Positions 43,886 through 54,696 of a DNA stretch of 64,000 nucleotides are shown here, in pieces. The stretch is taken from NCBI GenBank assembly GCA_963805945.1, contig CAWDVP010000001.1, positions 1 to 64,000 of the forward strand, read 5' to 3'. Position numbers and translations under genes: made by a program. Position 1 is the first letter of the stretch; every line of letters starts with the position of its first letter. The stretch comes from Vulcanimicrobiota bacterium. GTDB taxonomy: Bacteria > Vulcanimicrobiota > Vulcanimicrobiia > Eremiobacterales > Eremiobacteraceae. A model generated the notes under the pieces. It ran no database searches, was not told where the DNA came from, and was given only the letters and a program-made list of their open reading frames with translations.

Positions 43886-46398
43886 TACGCCGGCGTCGCT
43901 GCGACCTCTTCGGTCGTGAACGCCTCGATGACGTCGCCCACCTTGATGTCGTTGAAGTTCTCGATCGACAAGCCGCAGTCGAAGCCCTCGAGCACTTCGC
44001 GCGCATCGTCCTTGAAGCGCTTGAGCGACGCGAGCTTGCCCTCGTACACGAGCACGCTGTCGCGCAGCACGCGGATCATCGAGTCGCGCGTGATGCGGCC
44101 CGAGCGGACGTGGCAGCCCGCGATGGTGCCGATCTTGCTCACCTTGAAGAGCTGGCGCACTTCGACCTCGCCGATGGCGACCTCGCGCGTCTGCGGCTTG
44201 AGCATGCCGGCGATCGCCGCCTTGACGTCGTCGATGACGTTGTAGATGACGTCGTAGAGCCGGATGTCGACGCCTTCGGTCTCGGCCTTGCGCGAGATCG
44301 TCGCATCCGGCCTGATGTTGAAGCCGATGATGATGGCGCTCGAGGCCGCGGCGAGCATGACGTCGGATTCGTTGATGCCGCCCACGCCGGTGTGGAGGAC
44401 GCGCGTGCGCACCTCCTCGTTGGCGATGCCTTCGAGCTGCGCGCGCAACGCCTCGACCGACCCCTGCGCGTCGGCCTTGACGATGAGGTTGAGGTCCTTG
44501 AGGCCGCCCTCCTTGGCCTGTTCCAAGAAGCCGTCGAGCGTGATCGCACGCTTGGCCGTGGCCATGCGCTTGTCGCGGGCGCGCTGTGAACGCTTCGCCG
44601 CCAGCTCGCGCGCGTCGCGCTCGTCGGACACCACTTCCATGATGTCGCCGGCGGCAGGCACGTCGGAAAGACCCATGATCTCGGCGGGGATCGCTGGACC
44701 GGCGCGTTTGATCGGCGCAAGTTTGTCGTCGAACAGCGCGCGCACGCGGCCCCATGTCGAACCGACGACGACGATGTCGCCGGCGCGCAGCGTGCCGTTC
44801 TTGACGAGCACGGTCGCGACCGGGCCGCGGGACTTGTCGAGGCGCGCCTCGATGATGACGCCTTGCGCGCGGCGGCTCTTGTTCGCCTTGAGGTCGAGCA
44901 GGTCGGCGTTGAGCAGCACCATCTCGAGCAATTCGTCGATGCCGGTCTTCGCCTTGGCGGAGACCGGGATGAACTGCGTCTGGCCGCCGTACTCTTCCGG
45001 CGCGAGACCCAGCTCCGAGAGCTGCTGCTTTACGCGATCCGGATTAGCGTCGGGCCTATCCATCTTATTGATGGCGACGACGATCGGCACGCCCGCCGCT
45101 TTCGCGTGATTCATCGCTTCGATCGTCTGCGGCATGACGCCGTCATCCGCCGCGACCACGAGGATCGCGACGTCGGTGACCTTGGCGCCGCGCGCGCGCA
45201 TCTCGGTGAACGCTTCGTGGCCGGGCGTGTCGATGAAGGTGACCTTGCGATCGCCGGTCTCGACGGTGTACGCGCCGATGCGCTGGGTGATACCGCCCGC
45301 TTCGCCGGCCGCGACCTTGGTCGAGCGTATGGCATCGAGCAGCGACGTCTTGCCATGGTCGACGTGGCCGAGCACGGTGACGACCGGCGGACGCGTGGTG
45401 AGCGAACCCGGCGGGTCCGCCTCGACGACGATCTCCGGAGCGGCTTCTTCGCCGACTTCCTTGACGATGGTGTTGAAGCCGAAGCGGCGCGCCACCTGAC
45501 TGGCCACGTCGGATGCGATGTGCTGATTGACCGTCGCCATCGTGCCCATGCGGATGAGCTGTGCGATGACCTGACCGGCTGGGGTCTCCATCGCTGCGGC
45601 GAGCTGCTGCACGGTGAGCAGGTCGGGGATGAACAGGTCCTTGAGGACCTCCGGCTCGACGACGGCCGTGCCGACTTGCGCGGCTTTCGAACGCGGCTGG
45701 CTCTTCTTGAGCAGCGACTCGCGTTCGCGCTCCTTCCGGTCGCGCTCGAGCTCTTCGCGCGATTTCTTGCGTCCGCCGGACGGCGGCGCGCTCGGCGTGG
45801 ATGACGGCGCCACCGCACCTCGGCCCGGGCCGGCTTGTCCACCCGGTCGAGCTTGACCGGGGCGAGCAAAACCTTGCCGCGCACCCGGCGCCATCGGGCG
45901 CATGGGCACCGGCCGTTGCACGGTGGGATACGTCCTCGGCGCACCAGGCTGCACTTGCGCGGAGGGGATCGGAGCGCTTGGATCCGCTGATGCGGCGGGG
46001 ACGACTTTGGGCTGCGCGGCTGGGCGCACGGGGCGCGGCGCTTTTTGCGCCGGCGGCACGACACGCAACCGCGGCATGGGGGCTTCGGCGACTGGCGCTG
46101 CTGCGGCCGGTTTCGCGACCTCGGGAGCAGCAGGCGGCGGCACGGCCGCAGCCGGCGTGGGCGCGGCTGCGACGGCGGCGCCGTTGCCGGCGACGGGTTT
46201 TTTCGGCGCGACTTTGACGCGCTTCGCCTCTTCAGCGAGATTGCCGGTGAGCACGCCCTTGACGATGCGCGCGCGATGCTCGTCGACGACGCTCATGTGC
46301 GTCGACGCGCGAATACCGACCTTGCTCAGAAGCGCGATCGTCTCCTGATTTGAGAGGTTGAGCTCTTTTGCGAGCTCGTGAACTCGAACTCCAGCCAT
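43885..46398 (-). CDS. infB: Translation initiation factor IF-2
   Basis: [43 protein letters not shown]. Confidence 0.98.
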   Translation of the reverse strand: MAGVRVHELAKELNLSNQETIALLSKVGIRASTHMSVVDEHRARIVKGVLTGNLAEEAKRVKVAPKKPVAGNGAAVAAAPTPAAAVPPPAAPEVAKPAAAAPVAEAPMPRLRVVPPAQKAPRPVRPAAQPKVVPAASADPSAPIPSAQVQPGAPRTYPTVQRPVPMRPMAPGARQGFARPGQARPGGQAGPGRGAVAPSSTPSAPPSGGRKKSREELERDRKERERESLLKKSQPRSKAAQVGTAVVEPEVLKDLFIPDLLTVQQLAAAMETPAGQVIAQLIRMGTMATVNQHIASDVASQVARRFGFNTIVKEVGEEAAPEIVVEADPPGSLTTRPPVVTVLGHVDHGKTSLLDAIRSTKVAAGEAGGITQRIGAYTVETGDRKVTFIDTPGHEAFTEMRARGAKVTDVAILVVAADDGVMPQTIEAMNHAKAAGVPIVVAINKMDRPDANPDRVKQQLSELGLAPEEYGGQTQFIPVSAKAKTGIDELLEMVLLNADLLDLKANKSRRAQGVIIEARLDKSRGPVATVLVKNGTLRAGDIVVVGSTWGRVRALFDDKLAPIKRAGPAIPAEIMGLSDVPAAGDIMEVVSDERDARELAAKRSQRARDKRMATAKRAITLDGFLEQAKEGGLKDLNLIVKADAQGSVEALRAQLEGIANEEVRTRVLHTGVGGINESDVMLAAASSAIIIGFNIRPDATISRKAETEGVDIRLYDVIYNVIDDVKAAIAGMLKPQTREVAIGEVEVRQLFKVSKIGTIAGCHVRSGRITRDSMIRVLRDSVLVYEGKLASLKRFKDDAREVLEGFDCGLSIENFNDIKVGDVIEAFTTEEVAATPA

Positions 46399-46420
46399 GC
46401 TTTCGGCCGCCGCTGCGGCG

Positions 46421-46723
46421 CTATGTTATCCTTTCATCTCGCGTGGGCCATCCGGTCGCGGTTTCCGCCGCCGCCGCAAGCCCTTTGTACTTCTTGTTCT
46501 TCTTCACTCGCTCGACGCACTGCGGCGAGCACAGATACGCTCCCCTGCCGTCCCGTCGCGCCGCCGCGTCGGCCAGCCAGCCGCCGCCGTCGTCGCGCAC
46601 GAATCGCAGCAGCCCGCGCTTCGGCCCGCGGTTGCGGCATCCCACACATTGCCTGGTGGGCTCGTGGCCGGCGAGCGCTGCGTCACTCGTTGGCGCCTGC
46701 CTTTTCGCCGACGTCGACCCCAT
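46421..46723 (-). CDS. ylxR: YlxR/DUF448 (RnpM) RNA-binding protein; start uncertain
   Basis: PTRQCVGCR..LLRFV..GRGAYLC..C; lies between nusA and infB. Confidence 0.88.
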   Translation of the reverse strand: MGSTSAKRQAPTSDAALAGHEPTRQCVGCRNRGPKRGLLRFVRDDGGGWLADAAARRDGRGAYLCSPQCVERVKKNKKYKGLAAAAETATGWPTRDERIT

Positions 46724-48044
46724 CCTCCGTCACGGTTTCCGCGCTGCCCGCCGCATCGGCCGGCTCCGCGTCCTCGCTGTCGTCGCGCTGCAGTTCTTGC
46801 AGGCGACGGATGAGATCTTCATCCGCAGCGAGCAGCTCGGGCGTCAACTCGACGCCGGATTCCTGCGCTGCCGCCTCCGCCATCGCGGCGACCTCTTCGG
46901 ATTCTTCTTCCTCGTCGACGCGCTGCGAGAGCACCTTCGCCCACTGCTCCTCGTTGTGGATGTCGATGCGCCAGCCGGTGAGCCGCGCGGCGAGCCGCAC
47001 GTTCTGGCCTTCCTTGCCGATCGCCAGCGACAGCTGATGGTCGGGGACGACGACCTCGGCGAGATGCTGGCGCTCGTTCAGGTGCACTTGGATGACCTTG
47101 GCGGGCTGCAGCGCGTTGGCGACGTAGGTCGCGATGTCGGACGACCACTGGATCACGTCGAGCTTTTCGCCGTGCAGCTCATCGCTGATGTTGTTGATGC
47201 GCGAGCTGCGCGGCCCGAGGCAGGCGCCGACCGCATCGATATCTTCTTCGTCGGTCCACACCGACAGTTTCGAACGCGAGCCGGGCTCGCGCGCGATGTC
47301 CTTGACCTCGACCAGTCCCTGCGCGACTTCCGGGATCTCGGTCTCGAACAGCCGGCGCACGACGTTGGGATGGGTGCGCGACACGACGATCTGCGGACCC
47401 TTGTTCGTCTTGCGCGCTTCGACGACATAGACGCGCACGCGCGAACCGATGCGGAACGACTCGTGCGGCACCTGTTCGGAGAGCGGCAGGATCGCCTCGG
47501 CCTTGCCGAGATCGATGAACATGTTGCGCTGCTCGTAGCGGATGACCGTGCCGCTGCTCATGTGGTCGATCTTGTCGTTGTATTCGTCGAAGACGAGATC
47601 GCGCTCGGCCTCGCGGATGCGCTGCACGATGACCTGCTTGGCGGTCTGCGCGGCGATGCGCCCGAATTCTTTGGGTGTCACTTCGATGTCGAAGTTGTCG
47701 CCGATCGCGTACTTCTCGCCGGCTTCTGCGGCGCTGATCTCGATGAGCGGATCGGTGACCTCTTCGACCACGGCGCGGCGCGCGAACACGCGATACGAGC
47801 CGTCTTCGCGATCGACGATGACGACCGGATTGCCGTTCGCCTCGGCCTCACGCGCGAAGTTGCGCTTGTAGGCGGAGACGAGCGCTGCTTCGAGCGCGTC
47901 GATGAGCACGGCAAAGGACAAGCCGCGATCCTTCTCGAGCTCGCGCAATGCGGCGATCAGCTCGGGATTCGGCTGGGCGGGTGCGGCGACCGCCGAGCCG
48001 TTGCCCGACGCGGCCGCCTTTTTTGCGGTCTTTCGTGGTGTCAT
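46683..48044 (-). CDS. nusA: Transcription termination factor NusA
   Basis: [53 protein letters not shown]. Confidence 0.98.
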   Translation of the reverse strand: MTPRKTAKKAAASGNGSAVAAPAQPNPELIAALRELEKDRGLSFAVLIDALEAALVSAYKRNFAREAEANGNPVVIVDREDGSYRVFARRAVVEEVTDPLIEISAAEAGEKYAIGDNFDIEVTPKEFGRIAAQTAKQVIVQRIREAERDLVFDEYNDKIDHMSSGTVIRYEQRNMFIDLGKAEAILPLSEQVPHESFRIGSRVRVYVVEARKTNKGPQIVVSRTHPNVVRRLFETEIPEVAQGLVEVKDIAREPGSRSKLSVWTDEEDIDAVGACLGPRSSRINNISDELHGEKLDVIQWSSDIATYVANALQPAKVIQVHLNERQHLAEVVVPDHQLSLAIGKEGQNVRLAARLTGWRIDIHNEEQWAKVLSQRVDEEEESEEVAAMAEAAAQESGVELTPELLAADEDLIRRLQELQRDDSEDAEPADAAGSAETVTEDGVDVGEKAGANE

Positions 48045-48065
48045 AGCGTTGTGGGAACCCTTAGG

Positions 48066-48096
48066 AGAAACGAAAGGAGTGGGCTGTCCCACTCCT
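48066..48096 (-). terminator. Leader hairpin/weak terminator upstream of nusA (rimP-leader-like attenuator)
   Basis: AGGAGTGGG-acag-CCCACTCCT followed by TTCGTTTCT on the minus strand. Confidence 0.65.
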
Positions 48097-48114
48097 CACG
48101 GAGAATACGTTGGT

Positions 48115-48143
48115 ATAGTACCATACGGGCCGTCCCGGCGCAA
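48115..48143 (-). promoter_or_regulatory. Sigma70-type promoter for nusA
   Basis: TTGCGC-17 nt-TACTAT with an extended TGn. Confidence 0.65.
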
Positions 48144-48168
48144 GGCCCTGCGCTCGCATGTGACCCCT

Positions 48169-48636
48169 TCAGAGCCAGCGGCGAACCCGCCGCGCGTACT
48201 CCCGATAGGTGTCGCCGAAGGTGCGCTCGAGATAGCGTTCTTCCCGCCCGATGACTCCGAACCGGACGATCGCGATCAAAGGAACGAAAAGCACGAGGGC
48301 CCACAACGAGTTCCCGATGACGGCGCATCCGAGATAGAACAGCGCCAGCCCGAGATACACGGGGTTGCGCGTCCATCTATAGATGCCGGTCGTGATGAGC
48401 GCCGTGACCGGCTGTGACGGGTTGAGCGGCGTCTTCGCCTTGGCGAACAGCGGAATCGCGGCGGCCCACACCGCGACCCACAGGACGAGCAGCGCCGCGC
48501 CGAGCGCCCACGCCGCGCTCTGCGGCATGATATGCAGCGGCCAGCGCCAGCTCAGGGCGTAGCCGACGGCCAAACCCGCGACGTAGATGAGCGGCGGCGG
48601 GAAGCGGACGCCGGCGTTGTCACGCACCTCATTCAT
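48169..48636 (-). CDS. ICMT/PEMT-family methyltransferase membrane protein
   Basis: FPPPLIY, LITTGIYRWTRNPVYLG, EERYLERTFG..YREY..RVRRWL. Confidence 0.9.
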   Translation of the reverse strand: MNEVRDNAGVRFPPPLIYVAGLAVGYALSWRWPLHIMPQSAAWALGAALLVLWVAVWAAAIPLFAKAKTPLNPSQPVTALITTGIYRWTRNPVYLGLALFYLGCAVIGNSLWALVLFVPLIAIVRFGVIGREERYLERTFGDTYREYARRVRRWL

Positions 48637-49111
48637 GGTGTCTTCTTCTTCAGGTCCTCTTTGGGTTCGTAGACGAGGTTGGCGCGTTTGATCGCGGCGT
48701 ATGGGATCTCGACGGTGCCGGCGTAGCGATCCGCGATCGCCACCTTCTCGTCGTCCGCGGTACCGATGGGCCCCAGAATTCCACGCGATTCGCGATGCGC
48801 AGCGTGGTGATGATGCGCGCGACGCGCCCCGCAAAGCGCCGGAAATGTTCGGGCGCGAGCAGCGGGCGATCGAGTCCGGCGGACGCGACCTCGATCGTGT
48901 AAGGGCCGATAGGCGGCGAGAGCGCATCGGTACGATGCGCGATGAAGCGCGTGATCTGCTCGCACAGCCGTGTGTCGACGCCGCCCTCGCGATCGACGCT
49001 CACCGCCATCACGTACGCGCCGCGCTCGCGGCGCACGCTGGCCTTGAGCACCTCGATCGAACGGAACTCGACGCCGATGCTCTTGAGGATCTCGTCGAGG
49101 CGGTCCGTCAT
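48633..49111 (-). CDS. rimP: Ribosome maturation factor RimP; frameshift near 48775
   Basis: VDREGGVD..C, YTIEVASAGLDRPL..HFRRFAG, IPYAAIKRANL. Confidence 0.92.
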
Positions 49112-49827
49112 AACGGTGCGATCGTGAAGCCCGCCGCGTCGAGCGCCGCGCGGACCTCGAGCGCCATCGCCGCGGCCCCGGGCGTATCGCCGTGGATGCA
49201 CAGAGTCTGCACCCTGCCATCGTTCGCCAGCGCGACCGCCTGCGCCGCCGCCGCGCGCGGATCCGAATACACCGCGCCGCGCTTGTCGCGCGCACGCAGC
49301 GAACCGTCCGGCTCGTATGCGCGGTCGCAGAAGCCTTCGGCAGCCGTCCGCAGCCCCGCCGCCGTTCCGGCGGCGAGCAGCGCGGAGCCAGGCAGACCGA
49401 CCAGAACGAGGTTCTTGTCAAAGCGCGCAGTCCCACGCGCGATAGCTTCGGCCAACGCGCCGTTGCGAACCGCATCGTTGTAGAGCGCGCCGTGCGGCTT
49501 CACGTGCGAGAGCGTGGAGCCGCTCGAGCGCACGAACCCCGCGAGCGCACCGATCTGGTAGAGCACCGCCGCTTCCACGTCGGCCGGCGCAAGATCCATG
49601 CTGCGTCGCCCGAAGCCGGCCAGGTCCGGATACGAAGGATGCGCGCCGATCGCGATGCCGCGGTCCGCCGCGTAGCGCACCGTCGCGTCGATCGTCGTCG
49701 GGTCGCCCGCATGGAAGCCGCACGCGACGTTCGCGGAGGTGACGAGATCGAGCAGCGCCCGGTCGGCGCCCATGCGCCAGGCGCCGTACGATTCGCCGAT
49801 GTCGCAATTCAGATCGATACGCTTCAT
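49108..49827 (-). CDS. pxpA: 5-oxoprolinase subunit A (LamB/YcsF)
   Basis: IDLNCDIGES, SANVACGFHAGD, GAHPSYPD, HVKPHGALYN, CIHGDTP. Confidence 0.95.
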   Translation of the reverse strand: MKRIDLNCDIGESYGAWRMGADRALLDLVTSANVACGFHAGDPTTIDATVRYAADRGIAIGAHPSYPDLAGFGRRSMDLAPADVEAAVLYQIGALAGFVRSSGSTLSHVKPHGALYNDAVRNGALAEAIARGTARFDKNLVLVGLPGSALLAAGTAAGLRTAAEGFCDRAYEPDGSLRARDKRGAVYSDPRAAAAQAVALANDGRVQTLCIHGDTPGAAAMALEVRAALDAAGFTIAPL

Positions 49828-50792
49828 CCCATACCCGCGTTTCGGGCGCGAGGCACTGTGTCCAACTTCCGCAACGCCTCCTCGCGCGCCCGCGCTGCGA
49901 CCACTTGCGACACGAGCTCAAAGCGCAGCCGATCGCCGGGCTGCAGCTGCGCCGCTCGCGGCAGATCGGCGCCGATCACGCATGCGACGGTCGCATACCC
50001 GGCGGTCGTCTGATGCTCCGACAACAGCAACACCGGCACGCCGGCGCTGGTGATTTGCACGCATCCTGCGCATGCACCCGCCGAGGTGACTCCTGTCCCC
50101 GTGCCGCCCGGCAACGGTGCGCCATCGAGCTGCAATCCCTGGCGCGTCGAGCGGCTCGAGACCGTATATTCGGTTTCGTGGAGCGCCGCGCGCGCGGCGG
50201 ATGACAGCGCGCCCGCATGGGGACCCGGCAGGACGCGTAAGGCGGTCCGCGCCGGCCATGCTGGGATGCTCTCTTCATCATATGCATGCAACGCAGAGTC
50301 GCCGTGCGTCAGTCCAAGCCGCAACTCGTCACCGGCTCGCAGCGCCCGGCCCTGGAGGCCGCCGAATCCACCGCCCACATCGGTCGCCGCGCTGCCGAGG
50401 ACGAGCGGCACTTCGACGCCGCCCGCGAAGGCGATATAGGATCGGAATCCCCGCTGCGCCGCGCCGATCTCGATGCGCGAGCCTGCGGGGACGTGCTGGG
50501 AGCTCCACCGTCGCGACGGATGTGCCGCGATGGACAGCACACCGTCCGCGCCGGTCACGGCGACGATCGTGTCGGCGAGCGTGACGAAGACCGCGTCGGT
50601 CATCGTCAGCTCGACGAGCGCCGCGCAGTCGTCGTTGCTGGCGAGCCGGTTCGCCGCTCTCGCGCTGTACCAGTCGGCAGCGCCTGACGGCGACACGCCG
50701 AATCGAGCGACATCCGCGCGCCCGCAGTCCTGGACGCTCGAGAGGATGCCCGGTTTGACGACCCGCACGAGACGCGCACCACCGAGGCTCAT
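49824..50792 (-). CDS. pxpC: 5-oxoprolinase subunit C (carboxyltransferase)
   Basis: SSVQDCGR..GVSPSGAAD, RSYIAFAGG, VLGSAATD, QTTAGY. Confidence 0.88.
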   Translation of the reverse strand: MSLGGARLVRVVKPGILSSVQDCGRADVARFGVSPSGAADWYSARAANRLASNDDCAALVELTMTDAVFVTLADTIVAVTGADGVLSIAAHPSRRWSSQHVPAGSRIEIGAAQRGFRSYIAFAGGVEVPLVLGSAATDVGGGFGGLQGRALRAGDELRLGLTHGDSALHAYDEESIPAWPARTALRVLPGPHAGALSSAARAALHETEYTVSSRSTRQGLQLDGAPLPGGTGTGVTSAGACAGCVQITSAGVPVLLLSEHQTTAGYATVACVIGADLPRAAQLQPGDRLRFELVSQVVAARAREEALRKLDTVPRARNAGMG

Positions 50793-51514
50793 CGCGCCGA
50801 CACCTCGGCGAGCGCGTCCTCGAGGCGCTGCACGTGCTCGAAGCGGACGACATCGCCTGGTGCGAAGAGCGCCGCCGGTTCGCGCGACGGATCAAATATC
50901 GCCGCCGCCGTCCGTCCGAGCAATCGCCAGCCACCGGGTGAGGAGCGCGGGTAGATGCCGCACTGACCGTCGGCGATCGCGACGCTGCCAGACGGCACGC
51001 GATCGCGCGGCGCGGCCAAGCGCGGCGCTCGCAGCTCCTGCGGCAGACCGAAGAGATACGGAAAGCCGGCGAGGAAGCCGAGAAACGCGACGCGATATTC
51101 CGCGGCGCACAACGTGCGCACGTATGCGTCTGGCGCAAGGCCGCACGCGCGCGCCGTCGCCTCGAGATCGACGCCGTCCTCATCGCCGAAACAGACGCCC
51201 ACGCGGATGCGGCGCGGCTCCTCGGCGTCTTCGTCGTGCCCGAGCGCAGCTCGGGTTTCTTCTGCCGCGCCGCGTAGAACCGCCATGACGTTCGCCGGAC
51301 CGACGCGCTCGGGATCGAAGCGCACGAGGACGGACGCATAGGCAGGCACGATATCGAGCACCCGGTCGCCGAACCGCGCGCGCGCCAGCGCCGCCAGCGC
51401 CCACACCCGGCGCAGCGTGGCCGTGTCGATGCGGTCGCCGAACAGCGCGATCACGGCTGCATCGCCGACGGGCACGATCTGGAATTCGCTCACGTCAAGT
51501 AAACCGGCGGGCAT
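50789..51514 (-). CDS. pxpB: 5-oxoprolinase subunit B
   Basis: GDAAV, DIVPAYASV, GFLAGFPYL, GSVAIA..QCGIYP..SPGGWRLLGRT. Confidence 0.9.
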   Translation of the reverse strand: MPAGLLDVSEFQIVPVGDAAVIALFGDRIDTATLRRVWALAALARARFGDRVLDIVPAYASVLVRFDPERVGPANVMAVLRGAAEETRAALGHDEDAEEPRRIRVGVCFGDEDGVDLEATARACGLAPDAYVRTLCAAEYRVAFLGFLAGFPYLFGLPQELRAPRLAAPRDRVPSGSVAIADGQCGIYPRSSPGGWRLLGRTAAAIFDPSREPAALFAPGDVVRFEHVQRLEDALAEVSAR

Positions 51515-51534
51515 GCGTCGAAGCGCGCCTGCCT

Positions 51535-53313
51535 ATGCCGGCCTCGCTGCATTTCTCGCCACGCCCCAACCGCGCATCGGAGATCCGCTGGCAGGCGTGG
51601 GGTCCCGACGCCTTCGAACGCGCCGAGCGCGAGCACAAGCCGGTGCTGCTCGCGATCTCGGCGGTGTGGTGCCATTGGTGCCACGTCATGGACGAGACCT
51701 CATATTCGGACCCGGGCGTTATCGGCTTGATCAATGAAGCGTTCGTCCCGATCCGTGTGGACAACGATCAGCGCCCCGACATCAACGCGCGCTACAACAT
51801 GGGCGGCTGGCCGACGACGGTGCTGCTGACGCCGGACGGCGAGATCCTGCGTGGTGGAACCTATTTGCCGCCGGAGTCCATGCGCCCGTTCCTCCAGCAG
51901 GTCTCCGATCTCTACCGCGAGCCGGCCAATCGGCTGGAGTTCGCGACGCGGATCGCAGAGATCAAGTCGAAACGCGCCGGTCGCAAGCCCCAGCCGCCCG
52001 GCTCGCTCGACCCGGACAACCCGCGCGCCACAGCCGAGGCGATCTCCGAGGCGTTCGATGACGAGTACGGAGGTTTCGGGACAGAACCGAAGTTCCCGCA
52101 GACCGACGCGCTTCACTTCCTCTTAGACGCGTGGACGCGCAGGCCAGACGGGCGCGCCCAGACCATCGTCCAGATGACGCTGCGCGCGATGGCCGGCGGC
52201 GGCATGTACGACCACGTGGAGGGCGGCTTCTTCCGCTATTCGACGACCCGGGATTTCAGCGTACCGCACTACGAGAAGATGCTCGAAGATCTTGCGGGCC
52301 TGTTGCTCGCGTGCGCTCGAGCAAGCGCGCTCTTCGGCGACGAGGGTCTCGGCCGCGTCGCCGTCGACGTGCGGCGTTACCTCGACGCGACGCTGTGGAA
52401 CGCGCAGCGCCGCGGCTATGGCGGCAGTCAAGACGCAGACGAGGAGTATTACCTGCTCAACGCCGCCGGCCGTGAGCCGCTGGCGGCGCCCTACGTCGAT
52501 GCGACGATCTACACCGCGTGGAACGCCCAGACCGCACATGCGCTTATCGTCGCCGGGCCGATGCTCGCTGTCGACGGCGTCGACGCAGCGAGCTGGATCG
52601 CGCGTGGCGTCGAGATCCTCGAAATGCTCTGGTCGACGCTGCTCGTCGACGGCCTGATGGCCCGCTACCACGACGGAACGGCGCACGTGCGCGGGCTGCT
52701 CGCCGACCAGGCCTGGTGTGCGTGGGCCGCGCTCGCCGCATTTTCGGCCACCGGCGACGCCACATGGCTCACGCGCGCCGCGGCCCTGCTGGAAAAGGCT
52801 GAAGCGTTGTACGACGAGAGCGCCGGTGCGTACCTCGACCGGCTGCGCGACCCCAGCGACGCGGGCCGCTTGAGCGAACCGACGTGGCCCCTGCAGGAGA
52901 ATGCGCTCATCGCGCGCGCGTTGCTGCGGTGCGGCACGTTTACGGGCGCCGCTAGTCCCGCGCACAGGGCTCGACAGGTGCTCGAACGCTTCGCCGCCGG
53001 GTATCAGTCGATGGGGATCTTCGCAGCCGGTTACTCGTCGGCGGTGCTCGACGCTCTCGAGCCTCCGTGGGACGTGCGGATCGTCGGGCAAGCGAGCGAC
53101 CCGGCCACGCGCGCGCTGCGCGAGCCGATGTTGCGGTGCGCGACGCCCGCGCTGTGCGTCAACACGCTCGAGCCCGAAGACCGCGAACGTCTCGCGGCGC
53201 TGGACATCGCGCCCGCGCCCGCGCCGACGGCGTCCGTCTGTCGCGAGAACGTCTGCGTCGTCCGCACCGACCGCCCCGACGAACTGCTGCGTTCCGTTTC
53301 AGCGCTCCGCTAA
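51535..53313 (+). CDS. DUF255/YyaL thioredoxin-domain protein
   Basis: WCHWCHVMDETSY, RPDIN, GGWPTT, GGMYDHVEGGFFRYS, PHYEKML. Confidence 0.92.
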   Translation: MPASLHFSPRPNRASEIRWQAWGPDAFERAEREHKPVLLAISAVWCHWCHVMDETSYSDPGVIGLINEAFVPIRVDNDQRPDINARYNMGGWPTTVLLTPDGEILRGGTYLPPESMRPFLQQVSDLYREPANRLEFATRIAEIKSKRAGRKPQPPGSLDPDNPRATAEAISEAFDDEYGGFGTEPKFPQTDALHFLLDAWTRRPDGRAQTIVQMTLRAMAGGGMYDHVEGGFFRYSTTRDFSVPHYEKMLEDLAGLLLACARASALFGDEGLGRVAVDVRRYLDATLWNAQRRGYGGSQDADEEYYLLNAAGREPLAAPYVDATIYTAWNAQTAHALIVAGPMLAVDGVDAASWIARGVEILEMLWSTLLVDGLMARYHDGTAHVRGLLADQAWCAWAALAAFSATGDATWLTRAAALLEKAEALYDESAGAYLDRLRDPSDAGRLSEPTWPLQENALIARALLRCGTFTGAASPAHRARQVLERFAAGYQSMGIFAAGYSSAVLDALEPPWDVRIVGQASDPATRALREPMLRCATPALCVNTLEPEDRERLAALDIAPAPAPTASVCRENVCVVRTDRPDELLRSVSALR

Positions 53314-53483
53314 AAAATATTTTGCGAGACGTTTCGAGGAGACGAGGAGAACCGCAAGCGCGTGGCCGAACCTCGGCCCTTCGGCTTTCGCACGACCGTA
53401 ATTTCGATACGCGTGGTTGTGTTGCCCGTTCGGCGCGCTGCCGATAAGCACTATAACCGCTCTTCACGATTCTGGAGGCAACC

Positions 53484-54101
53484 TTGGTGTTGCAAGAGTT
53501 GCGAGTCGACGTCGACGTCACTGATATCCGATCCGCGATCCGCGAGCGATTGCGCGAATACGATGACGGCGGACGCGAAGCACAAGCGAATCCGGAGCGC
53601 GCCGACAACGCGTGGCGCGTCGTGCAGAACCTGCTGGCCGAAGAGCTCGCCGAGCTCAACGCCGGGCTGGCGGCGGACGCAAAAATCACCGAAAAGGACA
53701 GGCTGGCGCTGCCCGACGGCAGCCAGGCCATCGACATCCTGTACCGGGACCACAAGTTCTCGATCGTCCGGCCCAAGGACAAGCGCCATCTGTCCCTGGT
53801 GGACCCCTCCGCAGGCAGCCTGCCCATCGAGAACCTCGGCAGCAAGCTGTTTGTGGCAGGCGAGCCGATCGCAGCCGGGCTGCTGCGGGCCATCAACCGG
53901 CTGGTCGAGCGGGCGACGGCCGGCGTCAACAGCAATCCGAAGAACGATCAGAAGTACATGGCGATGGAGCTGCCCGCGACAAGCGCGGCGAAGATCGAAG
54001 CGGCGCTCAATCTTGCGCGCGACAACGGCTATCGTTTCGTGGAATCGTATCGCGGGCAGAGCAAGACGCGTCGCGTCTTCTTATTCGAACGGATGGTGTG
54101 A
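53484..54101 (+). CDS. Hypothetical protein
   Basis: SD GGAGG; ~204-aa ORF with host-like codon usage; no recognised motif. Confidence 0.75.
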   Translation: MVLQELRVDVDVTDIRSAIRERLREYDDGGREAQANPERADNAWRVVQNLLAEELAELNAGLAADAKITEKDRLALPDGSQAIDILYRDHKFSIVRPKDKRHLSLVDPSAGSLPIENLGSKLFVAGEPIAAGLLRAINRLVERATAGVNSNPKNDQKYMAMELPATSAAKIEAALNLARDNGYRFVESYRGQSKTRRVFLFERMV

Positions 54102-54174
54102 TGTAGGGTTCGATCTTCAGATCGAACCTGCGAGACGACACAAAGGGCCGATCTAAAGATCGGCCCCTACATTT
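54101..54174. repeat. Inverted pair of family A REP-like elements (REPIN/BIME-like)
   Basis: GTAG-GGTTCGATCT-TC-AGATCGAACC ... GGGCCGATCT-AA-AGATCGGCCC-CTAC between convergent genes. Confidence 0.78.
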
Positions 54175-54180
54175 ATGTCG

Positions 54181-54510
54181 CTAGCGCGGGGTGACGTTCT
54201 TGAGGTCGGAGGGCTTGGCGGCGGCGGGATCCGCGCCGACCACGCCGCGATGCTCGTTGACGATGGCCGCCGGGCTGAACCGCACGAAGAGGTTGACCAG
54301 CAGTATTAGCAGCGCCAGATCGTCGATCGGGCCGAGCAGCGGGAGATCGCCGAGCAGGTCGGCCGGCGAGATGACGACGACTGCCGCCGCGATCGTGGCT
54401 ACCTTGAGCAGTGACGGGACACGCTCATCCATGAACAACCGGGCGGCCAGCATGGCCGTCTTGGGGAATTGGACGACATAGCGCGCCGCCGAGACCAGTG
54501 ATAGAGCCAT
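54181..54510 (-). CDS. YkvA/DUF1232 family membrane protein
   Basis: DERVP..K, ISPADLLGDLPLLGPIDDL. Confidence 0.85.
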   Translation of the reverse strand: MALSLVSAARYVVQFPKTAMLAARLFMDERVPSLLKVATIAAAVVVISPADLLGDLPLLGPIDDLALLILLVNLFVRFSPAAIVNEHRGVVGADPAAAKPSDLKNVTPR

Positions 54511-54696
54511 CGAGAAGGTACCCTCCAAACCGAGCTATAGCCATTTCTTATACTCGCCGCACGCAGCCTTTGTTTCCCGCGGGACGCGCCCCCGAGTTGC
54601 GCTCGGGCATTACAGAGCGGTTTTGGTCGCAGGCCGGTACAGGTGGCGCAGGCTGCTGCTCCAATATCCACGCCTTGACGTCCTGACGGGGTGTGG

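Noticed and set aside
40015..49111. ribF, truB, nrnA and rimP as pseudogenes
   Set aside because: Conserved housekeeping genes with intact motifs on both sides of single indels; sequencing error is more likely.
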